Below, piece after piece: positions 36,932 through 45,737 of a stretch of DNA of 64,000 nt. Location: the IMG/VR virus record IMGVR_UViG_3300045912_000261, positions 1-64,000 of that record; one strand, 5' to 3'. This stretch comes from a virus. Every line of letters starts with the position of its first letter. Position 1 is the first letter of the stretch. The notes below the pieces were generated by a model. It did not search any database. It was not told the origin of the DNA and saw only the letters and a list, made by a program, of their open reading frames with translations. The position numbers were made by a program, and so were the translations under genes.

Positions 36932-37691
36932 GGGCCAGTTTGCCCCTGTAGGGAGCCTTACGCACTACAGGTTCCTTGAGGAACAAGGTGTCTTAGGGGA
37001 CTACCACCTCCTGCTAGCCCACAAGGTGCTGGAGGACCCTGATGGCTGGATCGATCTCTACAGACGCATCAGGGAACAGGGAAGAGAGCCCTTCGTGATC
37101 ATGGACAACTCCTTGATCGAGCTGGGCCGTCCCCTTCAGGCACCCGCACTGGCTGAAGCCTCCCGGATCGTAGATGCCTCGTGCCTCGTGCTTGCTGACG
37201 TGCTTTCTAACCGCCGAGCTACCGTCGAGCTCTCGGTGGCCATGCACTACGAGCTGCGGAAGATGAAGGAGGTCCCTCCCTTCCTTGCGGTGGTCCAGGG
37301 AGCCTCGTACGAGGATGCGCTACTTTGCGCAGAGGAACTAGCCTCCTTGGAAGGTGTGCGCTACCTCTCGATACCCAGAGTCGTAGCGGACACCATGGGG
37401 ACTCGGAAGCACCTGGTCAAAGAGGTCTACCGTAGGCATCAGCTCCCGATTCACCTCCTAGGCTTCTCTGAAGACATGGCAGATGACATCATGTGCACTA
37501 GTCTACCGGGGGTCATGGGGATCGACTCAGCTGTCCCCCTCCGGATGGGGCTCGCTGGAGTAGCCTGGGGCCCCCATCGGAAGACACCACCCCGACCGAA
37601 GAACTTCCTCGACAGCAAGGATGTTAATGTCCTCATGGTCGAAAACACAGTGGAAGTACGTAAGGCCATCGGACCCCAGGAAGCTACCTAA
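36921..37691 (+). CDS. TGT-fold protein, candidate DpdA-like DNA 7-deazaguanine transglycosylase
   Basis: VIMDNS, LAVVQG, PIHLLG, GIDS motifs match the TGT barrel layout; next to que/folE genes. Confidence 0.65.
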   Translation: MCPRGQFAPVGSLTHYRFLEEQGVLGDYHLLLAHKVLEDPDGWIDLYRRIREQGREPFVIMDNSLIELGRPLQAPALAEASRIVDASCLVLADVLSNRRATVELSVAMHYELRKMKEVPPFLAVVQGASYEDALLCAEELASLEGVRYLSIPRVVADTMGTRKHLVKEVYRRHQLPIHLLGFSEDMADDIMCTSLPGVMGIDSAVPLRMGLAGVAWGPHRKTPPRPKNFLDSKDVNVLMVENTVEVRKAIGPQEAT

Positions 37692-37833
37692 GCACGACCC
37701 CGAGAAAGCTGTCAATCGACAAGCTGCCATATTTCTGGCGTCGTCAGTCCCAGCAAAACGGAGGTTGAGGGTCCATATCTACACCAAAGGGGCGCACCCC
37801 AGACTCCGGAGCGTTCTCGAGGACTGGTTCTAG
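37621..37833 (+). CDS. DWF-tailed microprotein, start uncertain
   Basis: ends SVLEDWF*. Confidence 0.5.
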   Translation: MLMSSWSKTQWKYVRPSDPRKLPKHDPEKAVNRQAAIFLASSVPAKRRLRVHIYTKGAHPRLRSVLEDWF

Positions 37834-38000
37834 TGCGCTGCGAACTAGAAAGAGCGGCGGCGGAGCATGTTCGCTTCCTTCTAGGGATGAGCTCTGCTGA
37901 CAGGCGGGAAGCCTTCGGACGCCTCCAACACCTAGAGTACGCAGCGCGGCTCCGCTCTGAGTACGCCCTTCTCTGGTTCGAGCTTACGGACTGGTTCTAG
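37833..38000 (+). CDS. DWF-tailed microprotein (55 aa)
   Basis: TAGTG overlap; ends ELTDWF*. Confidence 0.6.
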   Translation: MRCELERAAAEHVRFLLGMSSADRREAFGRLQHLEYAARLRSEYALLWFELTDWF

Positions 38001-38131
38001 TGGTAGGCGAGCCTTTGCAGTGGCTTATGAAGTATGTCCTGACCAGAGAGGTCTCGCTGCCTTCGGCCTCGTGGCTTCTTAGCCCCCGTAAGAAGCGCCA
38101 GCTGCTCGGGTACCTCAATGACTGGTTCTAG
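38000..38131 (+). CDS. DWF-tailed microprotein (43 aa)
   Basis: TAGTG overlap; ends YLNDWF*. Confidence 0.65.
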   Translation: MVGEPLQWLMKYVLTREVSLPSASWLLSPRKKRQLLGYLNDWF

Positions 38132-38262
38132 TGTATCTGAACTTGGTACAGTGGCTGCTGCAGAGAGTTCTCGGGAGGGAGATTAGCTTGCACTCAGCCT
38201 TCTACCTCCTTAGCGCTGTCGAGTCAGCTGACCTTCGATCCAGTCTCGAGGACTGGTTTTGA
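38131..38262 (+). CDS. DWF-tailed microprotein (43 aa), paralogue of previous
   Basis: TAGTG overlap; shared QWL...VL.RE.SL.SA..LLS; ends SLEDWF*. Confidence 0.65.
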   Translation: MYLNLVQWLLQRVLGREISLHSAFYLLSAVESADLRSSLEDWF

Positions 38263-38417
38263 TACAGGTAGAAAGTCCAGCCCAGAGCTGGATGAGAGTG
38301 CTTTTAAGTCCTGAGTACTACTCTCTGTGGTGGAGGATGCACAAGTACGAAGCCTTCAAGAGGGGCTGCGAACCTTACGGATGGGCAGTCGTCTGCGAGA
38401 TGCATGACTGGTTCTAG
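38259..38417 (+). CDS. DWF-tailed microprotein (52 aa)
   Basis: TTGA overlap; ends EMHDWF*. Confidence 0.6.
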   Translation: MIQVESPAQSWMRVLLSPEYYSLWWRMHKYEAFKRGCEPYGWAVVCEMHDWF

Positions 38418-38595
38418 CTTGTTGGCCCTAACAGAGCCTGAATCAACTCAGGAGTGGGTATTCCTACTCTTGGGTACGCAGTACCCCTCGTGGTGGCGCG
38501 TGAATCGCTTCTACAGTTTCGCTGGCCTCGCAGTACTAGGGTCCCCCGACGGGCTGGCGGCCACGGTCGTGAGGGAGATCCAGGACTGGTTCTGA
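38404..38595 (+). CDS. MTGS...DWF microprotein (63 aa)
   Basis: ATG inside motif (or TTG 38419); ends EIQDWF*. Confidence 0.6.
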   Translation: MTGSSLLALTEPESTQEWVFLLLGTQYPSWWRVNRFYSFAGLAVLGSPDGLAATVVREIQDWF

Positions 38596-38756
38596 TGCCG
38601 GATCCCGATCCAGTACAGTGTTGGGTGCGCCTTCTCCTGATGACCGATATCCACGCCGATTGGCGAAAGGCTCAACACCACAACTTCAAAGCTCGCGCGG
38701 AGCTAGGAGGGTGGCACGAGATCGCCATCGTGGTAGCTCTCGCGGACTGGTTCTAG
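38595..38756 (+). CDS. DWF-tailed microprotein (53 aa)
   Basis: TGATG overlap; ends ALADWF*. Confidence 0.6.
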   Translation: MPDPDPVQCWVRLLLMTDIHADWRKAQHHNFKARAELGGWHEIAIVVALADWF

Positions 38757-38932
38757 TGCCTATAGGCTCTCGAGCAGGCTATCGCCGCAGTCTGGAGTGG
38801 CACACCTCGTATCGAGCCAGCAGGATTCTCCGAGAAAAATCCGTCCGAAAGCATGAACTCGAGCTGGTGGAGAAGGTTGCGAACCCGGACTACCGCAGGG
38901 CGGTAAGAGAACATCTGGCTGACTGGTTTTAG
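38756..38932 (+). CDS. DWF-tailed microprotein (58 aa)
   Basis: TAGTG overlap; ends HLADWF*; stop overlaps polymerase start. Confidence 0.6.
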   Translation: MPIGSRAGYRRSLEWHTSYRASRILREKSVRKHELELVEKVANPDYRRAVREHLADWF

Positions 38933-41475
38933 TGGCTACTCAAAGTCCTTCCGTGGCAGGGGGCCAATGCGCCAACTGCCCTTTCACGAGCCAGGCCGTA
39001 GTACGGCCCGATCTTCGTCGTGCTCCTCTGCTGATAGTCGGAGAGGCTCCTGGCGCGCAAGAGGTGCGCACGGGAGTTCCCTTTGTAGGTCCCTCAGGCC
39101 AGCTGCTCTGGCAGACGTTCAAGCGTCTTGGCATCGAGCGCGGCCAGGTCGCTGTAACGAATGCACTTCTTTGCTCGGTTCCTCCCTCCATGAGCAAGTC
39201 GGGAGGAGCCCTCCGTCAAGCTTGCCTAGCTTGCCGTAGCCGCCTCCTGGCAGACGTCGAGCTCGTGGACCCCAAGGTTATTCTTGCCTTGGGCAATACG
39301 GCTATGCAGTCCCTGCTGGCCAAGTTCTCGCTCAAGATCACGCAAGAGCGGGGCAAGGCAATTGAGTTCGACGGACGATGGATCATCCCCGCACTACATC
39401 CTGCCGCTGTACTTCGCAACCCTGGTGACTTCAAGCGACTTGCTGCCGACCTTTCCTACGCGGTCAGCCTTTCCAACGGAGGCCGCCCCAAGGATCCGGG
39501 TGAGACACGTTACCAAGTTGTTCGGACGGAAGAGGATCTGATCAAGGCCTGCAGGGTCCTCAAGAAGCACCGCACTCTAGCAGCAGACATCGAGACCTCG
39601 GACGTCAACCCCCGCAAGCACTGGATTCAGTACTTGGGCATCTGCTGGGAGAAGAACAAGGTAGCCATCTTCCCTCCCCGAGTACGGGTAGGACATGGTG
39701 CCCGTAATGACAGGTCGGTAAGCTCCGGTGCCGAGTCGACGGTAAGCTCCGGTGCAGGCGACGACGGGGTGCCTGTGGCCGAGTTGTACAGGAGTACTTG
39801 GACCCATCCAGACTTCAAGGCTCTCTTCGAGGACCCAGCGATCACTTGGGTGTGGCATAACGGCAAGTTCGACACCAGCTTCCTGCAGCAGGTAGGCCTG
39901 CCCGCCCGCACGGATGAGGACACGATGCTGCTCCATTACCTTTTGGACGAGGTGCGGGGGACGCACGACCTCAAGCAGCTGGCATCGGATCTCCTGGGGG
40001 CAGAAGACTACGACGCCATCGTCAAGAAGTATGCGGGCAAGGGCGAGAACGGTTGGGCAAAGATTCCGCCGCACATCCTTGTCCCCTACCTCGCTAGGGA
40101 CGCTGACTACACCTTCCAGATCTTCCCCATCCTTCGGGAGAGGGTCCGGAAGATCCCTGATCTGGAAGAGCTGTACACGACCCTGATCATTCCTGCCAGC
40201 CATTTTCTGCAGAGGGTCGAGAGGGCCGGGATGTGGGTCTCCTTCGAGCATCTGGAGAAGGTGGCTGCGGCTCTGGCCCAGGAGAAGGATGAAGTCGAGA
40301 CCCGAATCCAGGAGATTGCGGAGCAGTACTGGGACCCCGATGAGTACGCCAAGGCCACGGACTCCAAGTCCATTCCGCTAGAGTTCAACCCCGCATCGCC
40401 CCGGCAGGTAAGCTGGCTCATCTACAGCCGCCTCCGACTCCGCGTCCCCGGGAGGGCTGGGATCAGAGACACCAGAGAGGAAACCCTCCGGGAGCTTCCG
40501 CCGCACCCCCTGGTGACGAACCTGCTCAAGCTGCGGAAGATCAACAAGCAGCTTCAGACGTACGTTGAGGGCATCCTACGAGAGGTGGAGGCGGATGGGA
40601 GAGTTCACTCTACCTATCTCATTCACGGAACGTCTACCGGACGGCTCAGTTCTCGTAACCCTAACGCTCAAAATATCCCACGGGACCCACTTATCCGGGA
40701 TATCTTTCAAGCTCCTCCCGGCAAAATCCTGGTTGAGGCCGATTTTGATCAGGCAGAGCTTCGAATGCTCGCCCACCTATCGCGCGATGAAGAGCTGCTC
40801 CGCATCTACCGCGAAGGCCGCAAGCTCCATGATGAGGTTGCTGCAGACCTCTACGGCCCCAACTACACCGAAGAGCAACGGATGCGAGCCAAGGCAGTGA
40901 ACTTCGGGATCGTCTACGGACGGACGGAGTTCTCTCTGATGCACGAGTTCAAGATTGGCTTGCCGGAAGCCCAGCGGATGGTGCACGACTGGTTTGCAAG
41001 GTTCCCCCAAGCCAAGAGGTACATTGATGCCTGCCGGAACGCTCCGTTGCAGGGTAAACAGCTTGTGAGCCCCTTTGGTCGTCGTAGACGCTTTCCATTC
41101 GTGCCCGAAGCGTCCCGCAAAGAGATCCAGAACGAAAGCGCCAACTTTGCCATCCAGTCAGGAGCCAGCGATCTCACGCTGCTGACAGCCATGACGGCTG
41201 AACCCGAGCTGGACAGGATTGACGCCAAGATTGTGAACCTCGTTCACGACTCCATCCTCGTTGAGTGTCCTGAGAACCAGGCGATCACCGAGAAGGTGCT
41301 CCAGGTCTTGCAGGAGGCATCTGCGCGGGTGGTCAAGCATCGCCTCAAGGGGATTCTCGAGTTCCCAATGGACGCGAAGGTTGGTCGGGGGTGGGGGACC
41401 GCCATGAAAGGAGATGGTTGGTGGGAGTACAAGGCCAAAATGGGGGATCTCGAGCGCGCTCTCGGCCCCCAGTAG
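38932..41475 (+). CDS. polA: family A DNA polymerase with N-terminal uracil-DNA-glycosylase-like domain and 3'-5' exonuclease
   Basis: IVGEAPG..E..G.PFVG.SG and HPAAVLR (family-4 UDG); DIET, HNGKFD, Y...D (exo); TGRLSS, ADFDQAELR, AKAVNFGIVYG, VHDS. Confidence 0.93.
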   Translation: MATQSPSVAGGQCANCPFTSQAVVRPDLRRAPLLIVGEAPGAQEVRTGVPFVGPSGQLLWQTFKRLGIERGQVAVTNALLCSVPPSMSKSGGALRQACLACRSRLLADVELVDPKVILALGNTAMQSLLAKFSLKITQERGKAIEFDGRWIIPALHPAAVLRNPGDFKRLAADLSYAVSLSNGGRPKDPGETRYQVVRTEEDLIKACRVLKKHRTLAADIETSDVNPRKHWIQYLGICWEKNKVAIFPPRVRVGHGARNDRSVSSGAESTVSSGAGDDGVPVAELYRSTWTHPDFKALFEDPAITWVWHNGKFDTSFLQQVGLPARTDEDTMLLHYLLDEVRGTHDLKQLASDLLGAEDYDAIVKKYAGKGENGWAKIPPHILVPYLARDADYTFQIFPILRERVRKIPDLEELYTTLIIPASHFLQRVERAGMWVSFEHLEKVAAALAQEKDEVETRIQEIAEQYWDPDEYAKATDSKSIPLEFNPASPRQVSWLIYSRLRLRVPGRAGIRDTREETLRELPPHPLVTNLLKLRKINKQLQTYVEGILREVEADGRVHSTYLIHGTSTGRLSSRNPNAQNIPRDPLIRDIFQAPPGKILVEADFDQAELRMLAHLSRDEELLRIYREGRKLHDEVAADLYGPNYTEEQRMRAKAVNFGIVYGRTEFSLMHEFKIGLPEAQRMVHDWFARFPQAKRYIDACRNAPLQGKQLVSPFGRRRRFPFVPEASRKEIQNESANFAIQSGASDLTLLTAMTAEPELDRIDAKIVNLVHDSILVECPENQAITEKVLQVLQEASARVVKHRLKGILEFPMDAKVGRGWGTAMKGDGWWEYKAKMGDLERALGPQ
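39687..39758 (+). repeat. GGTGCC(C)G dispersed repeat, 3 units in frame within the polymerase
   Basis: GGTAGGACATGGTGCCCGTAATGAC, GGTAAGCTCCGGTGCCGAGTCGAC, GGTAAGCTCCGGTGCAGG. Confidence 0.75.
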
Positions 41476-41986
41476 CCTTCTGCGTCAGAGAAGCTCTCAC
41501 CGCCCTGGAGGCGGGCTGGAGGCCTGCACGAGGCTCGCACATCACACCCTCAGTCCTCCGCAGACTTGCACAGGAGGCAGAACTTGCAGCGGCCGACTTA
41601 GTTGAGCGCTCCCGGCGCCACCAGAAGGCTCACTCGGGAGTCGTAACGACCTTCCCTGTGCAGTTAACCCTTAGCGACCTGGAGACCATCCTTGACAAGA
41701 GCGAGGACTTAGGCGAAGGGCTGGAGGGGAAGCTTGTTACAGCCCGAAACACTCTGGCGGGAGCGTACGATCGGATGAAGGAGCAGCAGCTCAGGGAGGG
41801 AGTCGAGGACCTCCAGGAGATCCTCCCCGAAGACGAGTGGATCTCGTGGAACGACCTCCAGAAGGAAGCTGCCGAGCAGGCAAGCATGACCAGGGCTTTG
41901 GTGGGTAGGGTAGTCTCCCACCTAATCGACAAAGGCGTAGTGCTTCGCAAGGTCGAAGGGGGCACTACCTACATCAAGGCGGCTAC

Positions 41987-42460
41987 ATGATCGATGTCAC
42001 AGGAGACCTTTGGACCTATGGCCAAGCTCCTGCCTACAACCTAGCTATCACCGTTACCACGAACTGGACGGTCACGGCTCAGGGCAAAAACGTGATGGGA
42101 GGCGGGTGCGCAGCAGAAGCAGCCTACCGCTTTCCTAGCCTTCCCCTGAAGTACGGAGAGCGCCTCGAGCGTCTGGGCCGGCACACTCATGCCTTTGCCC
42201 CAGGAGCGGTGGGCAACGTTCCTTGGCTGGTGATGATGGGCGTCAAGAGCGAGGTGTGGCACGATGCCTCAGTCAACCTGATCCAACTGGCTGCCAACGA
42301 GATGCTACTACTCGCCAACCGGCTGGACTGGCAGGAGGTCATCGTTCCCAGACCAGGCTGCGGGCTTGGAGGACTGGACTACGACGAGCATGTCAGACCC
42401 ATCCTCGTGGAGGAGTGGGGCGACGACGACCGCTTCAAGGTGATCACATTCCAGGCGTAG
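41987..42460 (+). CDS. macro-domain (ADP-ribose-binding/hydrolase) protein
   Basis: GDLW, VTTN, VMGGGCA, PRPGCGLGGL. Confidence 0.8.
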   Translation: MIDVTGDLWTYGQAPAYNLAITVTTNWTVTAQGKNVMGGGCAAEAAYRFPSLPLKYGERLERLGRHTHAFAPGAVGNVPWLVMMGVKSEVWHDASVNLIQLAANEMLLLANRLDWQEVIVPRPGCGLGGLDYDEHVRPILVEEWGDDDRFKVITFQA

Positions 42461-42552
42461 CTCACCGCTTCAGAGTACATCCTACCAGGAGGGTGCTCAT
42501 TCTCTGTGGGCATGGGTATAGAAGCCCCATTGTCGTGGAGCGTGAAAGCAGG

Positions 42553-42903
42553 ATGATCGAAGCCCTCTCCCTCGAGCCCGCTAAGAACTGTCTCAGTGGC
42601 ATCTTCCCCCTCGACTACGAGGATGACATTGCCCTCATGAGGGCAGTGCGAGACCTCCTTTTCAGCGAGCAGTACGAGGCAGGAAACCCCGAATACATCA
42701 AGCCCAGGGGGGAGGGAGTAGTAGAGAGGATCAACTTCCTCTTCCGGGGCTTTGACGGGGACACTCTGCGGGCGTTCAACTTCACTCTCAGCCACAGAAG
42801 ACCTCATGTCGGCAGCTACGACTCTGGAACGCACAACCTCGCTGCCCGCTCGATGGGCTTCACGGTCCATCACTACCTAACCGAGTGGCTCGACTGGTTC
42901 TAA
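42553..42903 (+). CDS. DWF-tailed hypothetical protein (116 aa)
   Basis: ends EWLDWF*. Confidence 0.55.
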   Translation: MIEALSLEPAKNCLSGIFPLDYEDDIALMRAVRDLLFSEQYEAGNPEYIKPRGEGVVERINFLFRGFDGDTLRAFNFTLSHRRPHVGSYDSGTHNLAARSMGFTVHHYLTEWLDWF

Positions 42904-43020
42904 CACCAAGTTTGCGCACGATAGGAAGGAGGTGAACTACTGGCCAACACCTGAGTCGCTACCGAACCCTCAGCGGTAGGGCTCCGTGCTGGACAAGGTA
43001 AACGAACAAGGAGACATGTC

Positions 43021-43680
43021 TTGCGACGTCTCAAGCTGGCTATTGCTGCGTGCCTCGTAGCAGTAGCTACGACGGCGGTAGCCATGCCGATGACGGCAAC
43101 AGGACACCATGTTAAGAAGTCCGTCCCCAAGACGACGGTGTCCTTGTACCAAGGCTACAGCATTCTGCACGCTAAGGCTAAGGTACTAAAGGGAGTCTCT
43201 GCTGGCCGTAACGTAGCAGTACACGGCCACGCCAAGGATGGCAAGAAGAGTCACGAGCTGGTGCGTAGGGAGTTCATCCGCCTTTGGCGGGAGCTCCATC
43301 CGGCAGCTGAGAGGTCCCACAGGCGGCGGCAGGAAAAAGCCGAGATCAACCGCCTGCTGAGGAACCCGACGCCGACCAACAATAGGTCGCTCGCCCGGTA
43401 CCTGATGCTGAAGTGGGGCTTCTCGGAAGCCGACTTCGCCTGTGTTGACAGGGTGGTAATGGGTGAGTCGTCTTGGGTTCACACTGTGTGGAACCGGCAG
43501 GGTTCAGGAGCCTACGGGATCCCGCAAGCTCTTCCCGGCTACAAGATGGCTTCGGCCGGAAGCGACTGGGCCACCAACCCCGCGACGCAGATCAGGTGGA
43601 TGGTTCTTCACTACATGGTGCCTCGTTACGGGTCGCCATGCGGTGCTTGGGCGTTTAAGTCCTCCAACGGATGGTACTAG
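43021..43680 (+). CDS. secreted lytic transglycosylase (actinobacterial Rpf/SLT-like)
   Basis: signal peptide; ESSW...N..SGAYGIPQALP..KM...G.DW.TNP.TQI.W...Y...RYGSPC.AW...WY. Confidence 0.85.
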   Translation: MRRLKLAIAACLVAVATTAVAMPMTATGHHVKKSVPKTTVSLYQGYSILHAKAKVLKGVSAGRNVAVHGHAKDGKKSHELVRREFIRLWRELHPAAERSHRRRQEKAEINRLLRNPTPTNNRSLARYLMLKWGFSEADFACVDRVVMGESSWVHTVWNRQGSGAYGIPQALPGYKMASAGSDWATNPATQIRWMVLHYMVPRYGSPCGAWAFKSSNGWY

Positions 43681-44012
43681 CAATGAGGATCGTCGCGCTA
43701 GTGCTGTTGACAGCCTCTCTGGTGGCTGCCACCGTTGCCCTAACACTGCTGATGAGCCAACCAGGAGTCTCGAAGACGCAGATCGAAGCTGTCCGTTTGG
43801 CGGACGACAGCGTCACTGAGCTCCAGGCCTGTGTTAGGACTGCCAGGGAGGCAACTGACACTGCAGAGACCGCCGTTAAGGTGGCGGAAAGATGGGAGGT
43901 GAGGGCGCGCAGGGCTGAGGCAGCTGCCGGAGGCTTTGTCGTCGTCCCGAACAACTAGAAGAGCACAGGCCTCCTCTGGAGGGAGGCCCCTTTCACAGGG
44001 GAGTCGAAACCG

Positions 44013-44429
44013 GTGGGAAAGAGGGTAACTGGGATCTGCCACAACTGTGGCGACCTCGCAAGTGGGCCGCGATCGTTCTACTGCGACGAATGCAGGCCGA
44101 TAGTCCGCAGGGCCCAGAGGATGGGCCAACCCAGTGCAAGGAGGCGTAGGAAGCGGCCGGACCATGTCTGCGTCTCCTGCCGCGAGAGACTTGCCAGGTC
44201 CAGTAGGGCTCTTTACTGTGAGCCTTGCTACATCAAGGTCAAACTCGAGTCCAAGAAGGCTTTTTACCTTGAGAGGCAGAAGCGCACCCGTGAGAACGCC
44301 CATACGGTCCTCAACTACGTTATCAACGAACTTATCCGCCTTCGAGAAGAGGGTGACTATGGTTCACCGCAGCTCACGCGCTTGGCCAAGATCCTTGAGC
44401 AGATCCGCATCCGCCCAGAAGGTGCCTGA
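44013..44429 (+). CDS. zinc-finger hypothetical protein
   Basis: four CxxC pairs. Confidence 0.5.
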   Translation: MGKRVTGICHNCGDLASGPRSFYCDECRPIVRRAQRMGQPSARRRRKRPDHVCVSCRERLARSSRALYCEPCYIKVKLESKKAFYLERQKRTRENAHTVLNYVINELIRLREEGDYGSPQLTRLAKILEQIRIRPEGA

Positions 44430-44517
44430 CCCGACTGCCGTTCTAGCTGCCTTCGCAGCCACTATGAAGAAGCTGAACGTACAAGTTCACATCATCACCA
44501 GTAGGGACTGGTTCTGA
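44422..44517 (+). CDS. DWF-tailed micropeptide (31 aa)
   Basis: GTG 44422; ends TSRDWF*; TGATG overlap with dNMP kinase. Confidence 0.5.
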   Translation: MPDPTAVLAAFAATMKKLNVQVHIITSRDWF

Positions 44518-45182
44518 TGTTGCTGGGGCTCACCGGAGACGCCTACGCAGGCAAGGATACAGCGTACAGGATCATCAAGGAGACCTACCCACAAGCTGTC
44601 AACTTGAAGCTTGCTGGTCCTCTCAAACAAGCTGTCGCCGCCCTACTGGGCACGACGGTTGGGCGGATCGAAGAACTGAAGACGCACGAGCACCTTTGGC
44701 TCGAGTTCGGTGGCACGAATCCACCACTGGATATCAAGCCCCTTACTATTCGAACCCTGTTGCAAAGAATGGGTTCCGAAGTAGGTAGGGATCTGTTCGG
44801 AGAGGACTTCTGGGTCGATCAGCTTCTTCCACATCCTGAGCCAGGCACGCTTGCTAAGCCGAAAGGGGTTCCCCAAACTGGGGAGGGCCCCTTCGTAATC
44901 ACTGACGTCCGGTTCACGAACGAGGCGCAGCGGATCAGAGACCTCGGAGGGTACGTCTTCAAGATCGTGCGTACGGGAGAACCGGTAGAACTAGGTGCCG
45001 AGTTGAAGGGACACCGGTCTGAGGAGGGAGTTCCTCCGTCTCTCATTGATGCCACGATTCCCAATCCAACCGGCCGTCTGGAAGAGTTTAAGGATAATCT
45101 CCTGTTCTGGGTAGAAAGGACGATGCGATGGCAAAAGAGGACGGAGTCACGTACAGAGCGTATGACTCCGCCGGCAAAATGA
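44517..45182 (+). CDS. deoxynucleoside monophosphate kinase
   Basis: GLTG.A.AGKDT, A.PLK, RTLLQ.MGSE.GR, VITDVRF.NE, H.SE. Confidence 0.88.
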   Translation: MLLGLTGDAYAGKDTAYRIIKETYPQAVNLKLAGPLKQAVAALLGTTVGRIEELKTHEHLWLEFGGTNPPLDIKPLTIRTLLQRMGSEVGRDLFGEDFWVDQLLPHPEPGTLAKPKGVPQTGEGPFVITDVRFTNEAQRIRDLGGYVFKIVRTGEPVELGAELKGHRSEEGVPPSLIDATIPNPTGRLEEFKDNLLFWVERTMRWQKRTESRTERMTPPAK

Positions 45183-45556
45183 TCTGGGAGCGTATCATCC
45201 TCCCGGGCCTACCCGTAGAACCCCCAAGCGATGTACTGAAGATTGCCTCGAGGTACACCGCTCAGGGTCCCCACGGCAGCCCTATGGAGATGGAGCTTTA
45301 CGAACCGAAGCCCCGCCTAAGGCGCAAGACGGGTAAGAGCCTAGAACAGTGAGGCCCTACTTTATCAGACGCAGAAGTCGCTGGCGGTACCTACGGTGGG
45401 AGGTACGACGGGAATGTGTCTCAGCAACGACTGAAGGCCCACGCAGCATCCTGATCGCCCGATGTCGCTACAGACGCGATGCTGAGACAATCAGGAACGA
45501 CTGGAACACGAAGCACCTCCTAGAAGTGCGGAGAGCCGCGCACCTGAGTTGCTAGC

Positions 45557-45603
45557 GGTAAGCTCCGGTGCCCGTAATGATGGGACTAGGTGCCCGAGTA
45601 GTC
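45557..45603 (+). repeat. GGTGCC(C)G dispersed repeat, 2 units at the convergence of the two gene blocks
   Basis: GGTAAGCTCCGGTGCCCGTAATGA, GGACTAGGTGCCCGAGTAG. Confidence 0.75.
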
Positions 45604-45737
45604 TGGGTACCGTAACGGCTGGTAGGTTAGGAGAAGGGAGAGGCGGCGCAGGTACCTCTCCCTCCTCGTTGCTCCAACCCGGCCCGAGCGGATCGGAGCC
45701 TCCCCAGGGCTAGCGGGGGAAGGGCCGCCCCAGGAAG

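Noticed and set aside
37822-38932. DWF repeats as a CRISPR array
   Set aside because: The repeat is only about 12 nt, the spacers are about 120-170 nt open reading frames, and there is no cas operon (the Cas4-like nuclease sits in a recombination module).
40987-40995. Internal DWF in the DNA polymerase
   Set aside because: Not followed by a stop and lies in a normal PolA helix, so it was not counted as a tag.
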